Shown: positions 1 to 9,204 of the stretch, one piece after another
Position numbering within the stretch: the first letter of the stretch is position 1
Layout: every line of letters begins with the position of its first letter
NCBI GenBank assembly: GCA_965243025.1
Contig: CBDETY010000003.1
Location: 256,001 to 320,000 of the forward strand
Direction of reading: 5' to 3'
From: Candidatus Latescibacterota bacterium
Lineage (GTDB): Bacteria > Latescibacterota > UBA2968 > UBA8231
Length of the DNA: 64,000 bases
Position numbers and translations under genes: made by a program
Notes under the pieces: model-generated
Told to the model about the DNA's origin: nothing
Database searches by the model: none
What the model saw: the letters and a program-made list of their open reading frames with translations, nothing else

Positions 1-2
1 CG

Positions 3-1232
3 GTGCGCGTCGTCACCGAGCTGGCCTGGCACAGCCTGTTCGCCCGCAACATGTTCATCCGCCCCCCTCCCGGGCAGCTTCCGTCCTTTGAGCCGGACTG
101 GCACCTGATCTACGCCCCGGGCCTGCGCGCCGAGCCGGAGAGGGACGGGACGCGCTCTGAGGTCTTCGTAGTCCTCAACTTCGCCGCCCGCACCATCCTG
201 ATCGGCGGCACCCGCTACGCCGGCGAGCTCAAGAAATCGGTGTTCACCCTGCTGAACTACATCCTCCCGAAGCGGGGCGTGTTGAGCATGCACTGCTCAG
301 CCAACAAGAACCCGCAGGGGGACTCGACCCTCTTCTTCGGCCTTTCAGGCACCGGCAAGACCACCCTGTCCGCCGATTCGAGGTACGAGCTCATCGGAGA
401 CGACGAGCACGGCTGGAGCGACCGCGGGGTGTTCAATTTCGAAGGAGGGTGCTACGCCAAGGCGATCCGCCTGCGATTGGACCAGGAGCCGGAGATCTTC
501 GCGGCGTCGCACCGCTTCGGCGCGGTGCTGGAGAACGTCGTCCTCGACCCGTCCTCGCACCGGGTCGACCTCGACGACGACTCGAAGACCGAGAACACCC
601 GCTCCTGCTACCCGCTCGATTTCATTCCCAACGCGAGCCTCGACGGTATCGGGGGGCATCCGAGCAACGTCGTCATGCTGACCTGCGATGCCTTCGGGGT
701 GCTGCCCCCGGTGTCGCGACTGAGCGACGAGCAGGCGATGTATCACTTCCTCTCGGGGTACACCGCCAAGGTGGCCGGCACCGAACGCGGGGTCAGCGAG
801 CCCTCGACCACCTTCTCACCCTGTTTCGCAGGGCCCTTCCTCGTGCACCACCCCACCTTCTACGCGCGCCAGCTCGGGGAGCGCCTGAGCCGCCACGGAT
901 CGAGATGCTGGCTGGTCAATACCGGCTGGAGCGGGGGGACCTACGGGGAGGGGGAGCGCATCAGCCTCGCCTACACGCGCGCCGTCGTCTCGGCGATCCT
1001 CGACGGCAGGCTGGAGTCCGTTCCGCGCCGGGTCGATCCGGTCTTCGGGCTGCAGGTGCCCAGGGAGTGTCCGAACGTGCCTGCCGGGGTGCTGGATCCC
1101 AGGTCGACGTGGCGCAACCCCGGCGCCTACGACGACAGGGCGCGGGACCTGGCGGGCCGCTTCGGCGAGCACTTCGCCCGGTACGAGGCGCTGGCTCCCG
1201 AGCTTCGCAAGGTCGCGCCTCGGTCCGGGTAG
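3..1232 (+). CDS. pckA: Phosphoenolpyruvate carboxykinase (ATP), 5'-truncated by the window edge
   Basis: Motifs YAGELKKSVF, MHCSAN, FFGLSGTGKTTLS (P-loop), LIGDDEHGW, NFEGGCYAK, TENTR, YHFLSGYT, WLVNTGW. Confidence 0.97.
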   Translation: MRVVTELAWHSLFARNMFIRPPPGQLPSFEPDWHLIYAPGLRAEPERDGTRSEVFVVLNFAARTILIGGTRYAGELKKSVFTLLNYILPKRGVLSMHCSANKNPQGDSTLFFGLSGTGKTTLSADSRYELIGDDEHGWSDRGVFNFEGGCYAKAIRLRLDQEPEIFAASHRFGAVLENVVLDPSSHRVDLDDDSKTENTRSCYPLDFIPNASLDGIGGHPSNVVMLTCDAFGVLPPVSRLSDEQAMYHFLSGYTAKVAGTERGVSEPSTTFSPCFAGPFLVHHPTFYARQLGERLSRHGSRCWLVNTGWSGGTYGEGERISLAYTRAVVSAILDGRLESVPRRVDPVFGLQVPRECPNVPAGVLDPRSTWRNPGAYDDRARDLAGRFGEHFARYEALAPELRKVAPRSG

Positions 1233-1243
1233 GTGCCCGGGTC

Positions 1244-2026
1244 CTACGGTGGATCCGGTTTCAGCGGGGCCGTCGCCACCGCGTCGCGAACGACATCGGC
1301 TTCCACCTCGGGTTGGCCGGCCGACACGATGTCGGCCGGCAGCGTGAGCTTCAGGGGCACCGCCGATCCCGCCGAGACGATCATCTGGAAGGCCTCTTCG
1401 ACGGTGAGGTTGGTGAGCCGCAGCTCCCCCCTGGGGATGATAAGCATGAAGCCGGTGGTGGGGTTGGGGGCCGTGGGAATGAACACGCTGTTGGCGGCCT
1501 GCGCCTCTCCCTCGGCGGGGACCTCGCCGGCGACGAACCCGAGGGTCCACAATCCCCTGCGGGGGTACTCGAACAGGATGACCTGCTTGAACCCCCCCCT
1601 GTCGGGAGAGGTCATCGTCTCCATCAGCTTCTGCACCGGCGAGTAGATGGTGCGCACCACCGGCAGGCGCTCGAGGGCTTCGCGGGCGTCCTGAACCAGC
1701 CGGCGCCCCAGCACGTTGCGGGTAACCAGCCCGACCCCCCAGACGATGAGGAAGGTGAGGAGGAAACCGACGCCGCGGTGATACCAGTCGGCGTCTCCGA
1801 ACAGGGCCGCCACCGGCCGGACCAGGGGGCGCGAGAAGCGGTCGGCGGCGTTGAACAGCCACAGCAGCACCGCGCCGGTGATCCACAACGGGGCGATGAC
1901 CGTGACCCCGGCCAGAAGGGTGGTGCGCAGACCGTGCAGCCTGCCTGAGGAATGGCCCCCGGTCCCGAGAGTGGAGTCGATCGGATTGATCTCTTTCTTT
2001 TTCCCTTTCACAGTCGCAACCGTCAA
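1244..2026 (-). CDS. DUF502 family membrane protein (start uncertain)
   Basis: Two TM segments followed by LERLPVVRTIY, EYPRRG, VFIPTAPNPTTGF, VEEAFQMIVSAG, typical of DUF502. Confidence 0.88.
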   Translation of the reverse strand: MTVATVKGKKKEINPIDSTLGTGGHSSGRLHGLRTTLLAGVTVIAPLWITGAVLLWLFNAADRFSRPLVRPVAALFGDADWYHRGVGFLLTFLIVWGVGLVTRNVLGRRLVQDAREALERLPVVRTIYSPVQKLMETMTSPDRGGFKQVILFEYPRRGLWTLGFVAGEVPAEGEAQAANSVFIPTAPNPTTGFMLIIPRGELRLTNLTVEEAFQMIVSAGSAVPLKLTLPADIVSAGQPEVEADVVRDAVATAPLKPDPP

Positions 2027-2171
2027 GTATGAAACCAGTTATGCCAACGTATCGCCGCCGTACGGCGCCGTCAACGAATGAACCGGCGCCTCCCTGCAGC
2101 CCGGTACAGGGGGGGCCGAACTCCCGGGCATCGATGCGGCTCTCTCCACCGAACCATCGCCGGCAGGGGCC

Positions 2172-2861
2172 GTGACCGCTGCCTGCGCCCTCCTGCTCAG
2201 CGGCGGGATGGATTCGGCGACCTGCCTGTGGCAGCTGCGCGAAAGCTGGCCCGGGCCCGTCCACACGGTCTCCATGGACTACGGACAGCGCCACCGGATC
2301 GAGCTCGAGTACGCCCGCCGGCTCGCGGCCCGCGCCGGAGTCGAAAGGCACGAGGAGCTCGGCCTGGAGCTGCTTTCAGCGCTCGGGGGCAGTCCGCTGA
2401 CCGACGGCGCCCTCGAGGTGCCGGATGCCGACGAGCTGCGCCAGGGCGCCACGGTGGTGCCGTTCCGCAACCTGCTGTTCGCAGCCGCCTGCGCCGCGTA
2501 CGCGGGCGGCCGCGGGATTCGCGACCTGTTCATCGCCGCGGTTCGCGACGACCACGACGCCTACCGCGACTGCCGCCGCGAGTTTTACGACAGCCTCGAG
2601 GAAACCCTGGGGCTGGGCGCCGCCGAGGAGGGCCGCTACCGCATCCACACGCCGCTGATCGCCCGGTGGAAGACCGAGGTGGTAGCCGAGGGGCTGCGCC
2701 TGCGGGTGCCGTACGGACTCACCCACACCTGCTACACCGGGAGGCGGCCGGCGTGCGGCCGCTGCGACGCCTGCAGCGAGCGCCTGGCGGCGTTCCGCGC
2801 CAACGGCGTCCGCGATCCCCTCGCCTACGAATTCGATGCTGACCGGACGGTATCGCCCTGA
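2172..2861 (+). CDS. queC: 7-cyano-7-deazaguanine synthase
   Basis: LLSGGMDS PP-loop, DYGQRH, VPFRN, YRDCRREF, TPL, C-terminal zinc site CY..CGRCDAC. Confidence 0.93.
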   Translation: MTAACALLLSGGMDSATCLWQLRESWPGPVHTVSMDYGQRHRIELEYARRLAARAGVERHEELGLELLSALGGSPLTDGALEVPDADELRQGATVVPFRNLLFAAACAAYAGGRGIRDLFIAAVRDDHDAYRDCRREFYDSLEETLGLGAAEEGRYRIHTPLIARWKTEVVAEGLRLRVPYGLTHTCYTGRRPACGRCDACSERLAAFRANGVRDPLAYEFDADRTVSP

Positions 2862-2880
2862 CAGCCGGTCGGAACAGTTG

Positions 2881-2910
2881 CCCTGCCGCCGCGGCGGCAG
2901 GGGCTTTTTT
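2881..2910 (+). terminator. Intrinsic terminator downstream of queC
   Basis: CCCTGCCGC-CGCG-GCGGCAGGG stem-loop followed by GC and a T6 tract. Confidence 0.75.
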
Positions 2911-3027
2911 CACCGGATTGCCGAACTCGTCCGGGGCCGAAGCGTTTCCGCGAGGCCCCTCACGGGGTGACGGGGCTCCCCGCTCCGGCACCTCCTCCCC
3001 TTTCCACTCGAAACAGGAGAAACCCGC

Positions 3028-3891
3028 ATGCCATCGGTGAAGGAGATCTACCAGTTCGACGAGCTGACCTGGCCGGAAGTGAACGAGGCCGTGGCCATGG
3101 GCAAGATCCCCATTCTCGCAACCGGTTCCGTCGAACAGCACGGACACCACCTGCCGCTGAAGGTCGACCACCTCTGCGCCCACTCGGTCGCCGCCGAAGC
3201 GGCGCGCCTGAAACCGGAGCTGAGCCTGGTGCTGCCGCCGGTCACCTACGGGTACGTCCACCACGTCATGGACTTCCCCGGCTCCCTCAACATCCACTTC
3301 GAGCACTTCATCCAGTACGTCCTCGACATCTGCAAGTCGCTCGCCTACCACGGCTTCAAGAAGATGATCCTCGTCAACGGGCACGGCTCGAACCACAACC
3401 TCGTCGACATGGTGTCCCGGCGCGTGCACGTCGAGACCGACGCGAGCTGCGTCTTCTGCAGCTGGTGGCAGCTGTTGCGGGTGAACCCCGACTTCGACGG
3501 GGAATGGCGGGAGAGCGTCTTCCCCGGGGGCTGCTCGCACGCCTGCGAGCTCGAGACCTCGATGCTTCTCTACCTGTCCCCGGAGAGCGTCCGCAAGGAG
3601 AAGATCAAAAGCGAAATCGCCAGGACCAACCAGCTCGGTTCGAAGTTCGTCTGGACCGACCTGTTCAGCGCCGGGCCGATGGGACTGATACAGTGGACGA
3701 GCCAGTACTCGGACAGCGGCGTCATGGGGGAGGCGGAGAAAGCGACCGCGGAGAAGGGCAGGATCGTGTTCGAGGAGGCGAGCCGGAACCTCGCGGCTTT
3801 CGTCGAGGAGTACCACGCCATGGAGATCCGCGGCCGCACCCGCCACCAGGAGCGGGAACCGACCATGCCGCTTTCGTATCCGACGGATTGA
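3028..3891 (+). CDS. Creatininase / MftE family amidohydrolase
   Basis: GSVEQHGHHLPLKVD, NGHGSN, HACELETS, SGVMGE..ATAEKG; AGGAG RBS upstream. Confidence 0.92.
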   Translation: MPSVKEIYQFDELTWPEVNEAVAMGKIPILATGSVEQHGHHLPLKVDHLCAHSVAAEAARLKPELSLVLPPVTYGYVHHVMDFPGSLNIHFEHFIQYVLDICKSLAYHGFKKMILVNGHGSNHNLVDMVSRRVHVETDASCVFCSWWQLLRVNPDFDGEWRESVFPGGCSHACELETSMLLYLSPESVRKEKIKSEIARTNQLGSKFVWTDLFSAGPMGLIQWTSQYSDSGVMGEAEKATAEKGRIVFEEASRNLAAFVEEYHAMEIRGRTRHQEREPTMPLSYPTD

Positions 3892-3913
3892 CACGTCCCC
3901 CGGACTTCAACAC

Positions 3914-4492
3914 CTACGCGGCAGGTTCGAGCAGGTTTCCGTCCAGCCGGTAGCGCTTTCCGCAGGATGGACATGCGGGTTCCCCACCTTCGGGCAGGGT
4001 CGTCCCGCAGCGGCAGACCCAGCCCGCCTGGCGCGCCGGCACCCCGACGACCAGGCCGTGGGGGGGGACGTCCCGGACGACGACGGCCCCGGCCCCGACG
4101 AGGGAGAAGCGGCCGATCTCCAGGCCGCACACGATCGTGGAGTTGGCCCCGAGAGTGGCTCCCTCGCCGACTGTAGTCGGCCTGAATTCCTCCTTGCGCT
4201 CGATGAAGGCGCGCGGATTGAGTACATTGGTGAACGTCACGGAGGGACCGCAGAACACGCGGTCTTCCAGCAGCACCCCTTTGTAGACCGAAACGTTGTT
4301 CTGGATCTTGCAGCCGCTGCCGATCCGCACCTCGCGGTCGACGTAGACGTTCTGGCCGAGAATGCAGTTTTCGCCGATTCGCGCTCCGGCCATGACGTGG
4401 CTGAAATGCCAGACTCTGGTTCCGCTTCCGATCTCGCACGGCTGGTCGATCACCGCGGTGGGGTGGGCGTAGAATCCCGCTTCGGTCGTCAT
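3914..4492 (-). CDS. Hexapeptide-repeat N-acetyltransferase (WbpD/WlbB-like)
   Basis: HPTAVID, IGSGTRVWHFSHV, KIQNNVSVY, VFCGPSVTFTN, GVPARQAGW, C-terminal CRCG..CPSCG; start taken at MTTEAG. Confidence 0.9.
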   Translation of the reverse strand: MTTEAGFYAHPTAVIDQPCEIGSGTRVWHFSHVMAGARIGENCILGQNVYVDREVRIGSGCKIQNNVSVYKGVLLEDRVFCGPSVTFTNVLNPRAFIERKEEFRPTTVGEGATLGANSTIVCGLEIGRFSLVGAGAVVVRDVPPHGLVVGVPARQAGWVCRCGTTLPEGGEPACPSCGKRYRLDGNLLEPAA

Positions 4493-4585
4493 GGGCGCTC
4501 CCGGGAATGGCCCGCAGGCCGATGAGAGATACAACAGTCCGTTAACCGAATCCGTTCACCGTAAAATAGTAAGGGGAAGGTTCGC

Positions 4586-5560
4586 ATGAAGCTGATCACC
4601 TACACCTCCAAGAAGGAAGAATACGTCGGCGCCGTCATCGCCCAGGACAAGATCGTCGTCCCTCTCGATGCCGCCGACCGCGCCCTGGCGCGGAAGGAGA
4701 AGCGCCAGCCGGCCGGCTGTTTCGACAGCATGCTGTCCCTGCTGGGAGCAGGCGCGAGAGGCATGTCCGCGGCGCGCAAGGCGGTAAAGGCGGTTGAGGA
4801 CGGCCTGGGGGATTCGCCCAAGGCCGACGGCAAGACCACGCTGCCCCTGACGCGGGTGCGCCTCAAGGCCCCGGTGCCCAACCCCCGCAAGTTGTTCTGC
4901 CTCGCCGGCAACTACCAGGACCACATCGAGGAGGGGGGCGGCAAGATGGCCCTGCAGGACAAGGAAACGCCCCGCGTCTTCATGAAGCCGCCCACGACCA
5001 CCGTCATCGGTCCGGGCGACACCATCCGCATACCGCCGGTCGCCCGGTCAATCGACTGGGAGGGAGAGCTGGCGGTGGTCATCGGCCGCCGCGCCAAGGG
5101 GGTGAAAGCGGCCGACGCCCTCAAGCACGTCGCCGGCTACACGGTCATGAACGACGTCTCCGAGCGCAGCCTCCTCATAAAGAAGCGCACCAAGAGCCGC
5201 CCCAAGGACGAATGGTTCGACTGGCTCAACGGAAAGTGGCTCGACACCTTCGCCCCCCAGGGGCCGTGGATGGTGACCTCCGACGAGATCACCAACCCCC
5301 AGGACCTCAACATCAGCACCTACGTCAACGGGCTGCGCAAGCAGTTCAACAACACCGGCCAGATGCTCTACCCGGTGGCGAGCATCGTCGAGTACATCTC
5401 GGCGATAATCACCCTCGAGCCGGGGGACATCATCAGTACGGGAACGATCTCCGGCGTCGGCGCCACCACCGGCTCCTTCCTCAGCGACGGGGACCGGGTC
5501 GAGATCGAGATCTCGCGTATCGGGGTGCTGCGCAACAACGTCGGCGACAGCAAGACGTAA
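4586..5560 (+). CDS. Fumarylacetoacetate hydrolase family protein
   Basis: KLFCLAGNYQDH, VFMKP, IDWEGELAVVIG, GYTVMNDVSER, GKWLDTFAPQGP, TLEPGDIISTGT. Confidence 0.93.
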   Translation: MKLITYTSKKEEYVGAVIAQDKIVVPLDAADRALARKEKRQPAGCFDSMLSLLGAGARGMSAARKAVKAVEDGLGDSPKADGKTTLPLTRVRLKAPVPNPRKLFCLAGNYQDHIEEGGGKMALQDKETPRVFMKPPTTTVIGPGDTIRIPPVARSIDWEGELAVVIGRRAKGVKAADALKHVAGYTVMNDVSERSLLIKKRTKSRPKDEWFDWLNGKWLDTFAPQGPWMVTSDEITNPQDLNISTYVNGLRKQFNNTGQMLYPVASIVEYISAIITLEPGDIISTGTISGVGATTGSFLSDGDRVEIEISRIGVLRNNVGDSKT

Positions 5561-5611
5561 AGGGAACGCCTCGATCCCGCCAGGGGCGCCCGAAGACCTT
5601 CCGATGAGACA

Positions 5612-6838
5612 GTGACGGACCAGGACGCGCGCGGCACGGCTTCGCCGGTCGCCCCCGGGCTCGCGAGCCGTGCCTTCGCCGTCCTCTGCGCCGTCTCCTT
5701 TCTCAGCCACTTCACCGCCGCTCCCTTCGCCACCCTGCTGCCGGTCTACGTCGAGGCCGACGTCGGCGCCAGGCCGCTGTTCACCGGGTACCTGCGCACC
5801 CTGATGTTCGCCCTGGGGGGCGTCTTCGCCGTGGTCGGCGGCCGCCTGTGCGACCTGTTCGGCCTGAAGCCGATGCTGCTGGTCGGACTGGCCGGATCGA
5901 TCGCCGCCGGCCTGGCATTCCAGAGCACCGACTTCCGCATACTGACCTTCTTCGTGGTGCTCGCCGGAATCGCCGCCGGACCGATGAGCGCCGCCGGCCA
6001 GAGCTACCTCATCGCCTCGGCGGGGTCCGAACGCCTCGGTCTCGGAGGAGCCCTGTTCTTCCTCACCTTTACCCTCGGAAGCTCGGCGGGCAGCCTCTGC
6101 ACCGGCCTGGTGAAACCGCTGTGGAGCTTTCAGCAGATCGGCGCCGTCATGGCGGCCGCAGCGGCCGCCGTGGTCCTCGCCGCCATGCTGCTGCTTCCCG
6201 ATTTCTCCGGGCCGCCCCGGGGGCGGGAGAAGCTGTCGCTGTGGCGCGCCTACCGGCCTCTGCTGAGGCGGCGGGAGGTCCACCTCCTCGTCGGCATGCG
6301 CCTGGGAATCACCTCGTTCTGGGGGATGGCGATCCTGGTGCTGCCGCTGCTGGTGTTTCGGGTCAGCGGCAGCGCCGCGGCGGCGGCCTGGTACGGGGCC
6401 GTCTCCCTGGCCGCGGCCGCTGTCTGCCAGGTCGCCGCCGGCTGGCTGCGGGACCGCTACGGACGCACCCGGCCGCTGCTGGTCTCGGCTGCCGGCGTCG
6501 CCGCCTGCGCGCTCTGCCTGGGGTTCGGGGCCGGTTCCCTGACCGGGCTGTTCCTGTTCGGCACGGGACTGGCGGCGGCCGCCTGGGGGGTCTCGGTGCT
6601 GGTCCCGGGTCTGATCGACGAAGTGGCCCCGGCCGCTGAGAAGAACCGGCTCGTCGGACTGGGCCACCTCGCCTGGAGCGCCGCGATGGCCCTCGGAGGC
6701 CTGGCCGGCGGCCTGCTGGTGGAGGTCGATCCGGGGCTGCCGTTCTTCACCGGCGCCGCGCTCTCCCTGGCGGGAGGCGCCTGCCTGTACGGACTCTGCC
6801 GCCGGCTCGACCGGATGCGGCGGCCGGCCGCCGCCTGA
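5612..6838 (+). CDS. MFS transporter
   Basis: About 12 hydrophobic segments; motif-A-like GRLCDLFGLK and GWLRDRYGRT. Confidence 0.88.
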   Translation: MTDQDARGTASPVAPGLASRAFAVLCAVSFLSHFTAAPFATLLPVYVEADVGARPLFTGYLRTLMFALGGVFAVVGGRLCDLFGLKPMLLVGLAGSIAAGLAFQSTDFRILTFFVVLAGIAAGPMSAAGQSYLIASAGSERLGLGGALFFLTFTLGSSAGSLCTGLVKPLWSFQQIGAVMAAAAAAVVLAAMLLLPDFSGPPRGREKLSLWRAYRPLLRRREVHLLVGMRLGITSFWGMAILVLPLLVFRVSGSAAAAAWYGAVSLAAAAVCQVAAGWLRDRYGRTRPLLVSAAGVAACALCLGFGAGSLTGLFLFGTGLAAAAWGVSVLVPGLIDEVAPAAEKNRLVGLGHLAWSAAMALGGLAGGLLVEVDPGLPFFTGAALSLAGGACLYGLCRRLDRMRRPAAA

Positions 6839-6851
6839 CACCGGGAGACCC

Positions 6852-8033
6852 GTGCGCAAGGCCCTCCTCTTCCTCATCGCCGTCGGCCACTTCTGCGTCG
6901 ACTCGTACGCCCAGATGCTGGCCCCGGTGCTGCCCCTCGTCATCAGCCGGCTCGGGCTCTCCCTGACCTCGGCCGGCTTCCTCGGCACCATCACCTCGCT
7001 CTGCAGCCTGTCGCAGCCGCTGCTGGGAGTGTGGGCCGACGGCATGCGCCGGCGCTACCTCGTGCTGGCCGGACTGCTCATGGCCGGCCTGTTCACCCCG
7101 ATGCTAGGCATCGTCCCCAACTACGCCGCGCTGCTGGTCGTGCTCTGTCTCGGCGGCCTCGGGGTCGCCGCCTTTCACCCCCAGGTGTTCTCACTCGCCG
7201 GCGAGCTCAGCGGCCACAGGCGCTCCTTCGGCATCGCCCTGTTCGTGTTCGGCGGCACCCTCGGCCTCGGCTGCTCGCCGCTCTGGGTTCCCTGGTTCGC
7301 CACCGAGATCGGCCTGGAGTGGCTGCCGGTTGCCGGCCTTCCCGCGCTCCTGTTCGCCCTGCTGATCTGGCGCTTCGTCCCTCTCGACAATCCCCACGTG
7401 ATCCACGGACAGCGGGGCTCGCTGCGCGCCAGCCTCGAGGGCCGGAAGCGGATCCTGCTGCTGATGACGGTGGTCGTCATCCTGCGCTCGGTCACCGGGC
7501 TGGGCTTCGGGTTCTTCATCCCGGTGCTGTCCGAGGCGCGCGGCCTCGACCTCGTACAAGGGGGAGTGCCGCTCTCCATTTACAACCTCGCCGGCGTCGC
7601 CGGGGCGCTGCTGTTCGGCTATCTCGGGGACCGCCTCGACCGAAAGCCGCTGGTCTGGGGATCGATCCTCGCCGCGGCTCCCTCCCTCTACGGCTACCTC
7701 CACAGCGACGGCCTCGCCGCCTACGTGTTCCTGGCGATCGGGGGCGCCATGGTGATGGCCTCCAACTCGCTGCTGGTCGCCATGGCCCAGGAGCTGGTGC
7801 CGAAAAGCTCCGGCCTGGCCTCGAGCCTTCCTCTCGGGTTCAGCTGGGGGGTCGCGGGACTGACGCTGACGCCGATCGGCTACCTGGCCGAACGGGAAGG
7901 GGTGGAGTCCGCCCTTACCCTGCTGGCGGTCCTGCCGGTCGCAACGGCGTTTCTCGCCCTTTTCCTGCCGTCGGGCCGCAGCCTTCAGGCCGGCGGGGAG
8001 GGGGATTCCTCAGGAGAAGCTGCGCGAGCCTAG
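6852..8033 (+). CDS. MFS transporter (Fsr-like)
   Basis: HFCVDSY, QPLLGVWAD, GVAAFHP, GYLGDRLDRK, MAQELVP..GLAS. Confidence 0.88.
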   Translation: MRKALLFLIAVGHFCVDSYAQMLAPVLPLVISRLGLSLTSAGFLGTITSLCSLSQPLLGVWADGMRRRYLVLAGLLMAGLFTPMLGIVPNYAALLVVLCLGGLGVAAFHPQVFSLAGELSGHRRSFGIALFVFGGTLGLGCSPLWVPWFATEIGLEWLPVAGLPALLFALLIWRFVPLDNPHVIHGQRGSLRASLEGRKRILLLMTVVVILRSVTGLGFGFFIPVLSEARGLDLVQGGVPLSIYNLAGVAGALLFGYLGDRLDRKPLVWGSILAAAPSLYGYLHSDGLAAYVFLAIGGAMVMASNSLLVAMAQELVPKSSGLASSLPLGFSWGVAGLTLTPIGYLAEREGVESALTLLAVLPVATAFLALFLPSGRSLQAGGEGDSSGEAARA

Positions 8034-8049
8034 CGCCGGGCGGAAGTCC

Positions 8050-9204
8050 TTACAACCCGGCAAGGCCCTGCTCGAAATCGGCGATCAGGTCGGCGGCGGA
8101 CTCGATGCCGACAGCCACCCGCACGAGGCCGCCGCCGATTCCCAGGGACTGCCGCTCCGCTTCCGACAGACCTGAGTGAGAGGTCGTTGCAGGACGGGTG
8201 ATCAGGGTCTCGACGCCCCCGAGGCTGGGGGCGGATGCCGGGATCCGCAGCCGTTCGAGCAGCTTCTCCGCGGCCGGCTGCCCGCCGCGAAGCTCGAAGC
8301 TCAGGACTCCACCGAACCCCGCGAACAGCCGCGCCCCCCGCTCGTGATGGGGATGCGAGGCCAGCCCGGGGTAGTTCACCCGCGCCACCGCCCCGCTGCG
8401 CTCGAGCATCCCGGCGACGGCCGCGGCGCTGGCGTTCTGGTGCCGCACCCGCAGCGCCATCGTCTTCAACCCCCGGTGCAGAAGGAAGCAGGCGTGGGGG
8501 TCGAGGGTGGCCCCGAGGTGGTTGAGCCGGCGGCCGATCCGGGAGATCAGTTTGCGGTCGGCAACAACGCAGCCGGCGACGATGTCCGAGTGGCCGTTCA
8601 GGTACTTGGTGGCGCTGTGGATCTCGACGTCGAACCCGAGTTGCAGGGGCCCGAAGTTGACCGGGGTGCCGAAGGTGTTGTCGATGATGGAAACCAGTCC
8701 GCGCCTGCGCGCGAATGCCGCCACCGCTTCGAGATCGGCGACCTCCAGCAGCGGGTTGGTCATGGTCTCGACGTAGATGGCGCGCGTCCGCGCGGTCGCC
8801 GTTTTATCCCAGGTGTCGGGGCGGTTGCCGTCGATGAAGTCCACCCGGAGCCCGAAGTCGGGAAGGTCGCCGGTGAACAGGCTGTGGGTGCCCCCGTACA
8901 GGCAGCTCTGCGCCAGCAGGCCGTCCCCCGCCTTCAGCAGCCCCATCAGGGTCGCGGCGATCGCCGCCATCCCCGAGGAGGTGACGACCGCCGCCTCGCC
9001 CCCGCAGACCTTCGCGAGCTTGGCGTGCAGGACGCGGTGATTGGGGCTGTTGTTCAGCCGCAGGTAGCGGATCTCTTCGTATTCCGTTTCACCCGCCGAC
9101 AGGTAAGTGGCGCTCTGAAAAACGGGGAGGACCACCGAGCCCTCGATCTTTTCCTCCTCGCCCGTATGGACGAGGTCTGTCTCGATATGGCGCTTTTCGC
9201 TCAT
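8050..9204 (-). CDS. PLP-dependent trans-sulfuration enzyme (cystathionine gamma-synthase/lyase or methionine gamma-lyase family)
   Basis: Real start MSEKRHIETD at 9204 (ATGA overlap with upstream stop); SSGMAAI, YGGT, ETMTNP, IDNTF, HSATKYLNGHSD (PLP lysine), SLGGVETL, RVAVGIE. Confidence 0.92.
   Translation of the reverse strand: MSEKRHIETDLVHTGEEEKIEGSVVLPVFQSATYLSAGETEYEEIRYLRLNNSPNHRVLHAKLAKVCGGEAAVVTSSGMAAIAATLMGLLKAGDGLLAQSCLYGGTHSLFTGDLPDFGLRVDFIDGNRPDTWDKTATARTRAIYVETMTNPLLEVADLEAVAAFARRRGLVSIIDNTFGTPVNFGPLQLGFDVEIHSATKYLNGHSDIVAGCVVADRKLISRIGRRLNHLGATLDPHACFLLHRGLKTMALRVRHQNASAAAVAGMLERSGAVARVNYPGLASHPHHERGARLFAGFGGVLSFELRGGQPAAEKLLERLRIPASAPSLGGVETLITRPATTSHSGLSEAERQSLGIGGGLVRVAVGIESAADLIADFEQGLAGL

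Noticed and set aside
2027-2171. preQ1 riboswitch upstream of queC
   Set aside because: No preQ1-I-type stem-loop with an A-rich 3' tail is visible
2172-2861. QueC-based anti-phage system (Qat or CBASS type IV)
   Set aside because: No neighbouring TatD, ATPase, cyclase or TGT-like genes; canonical QueC length
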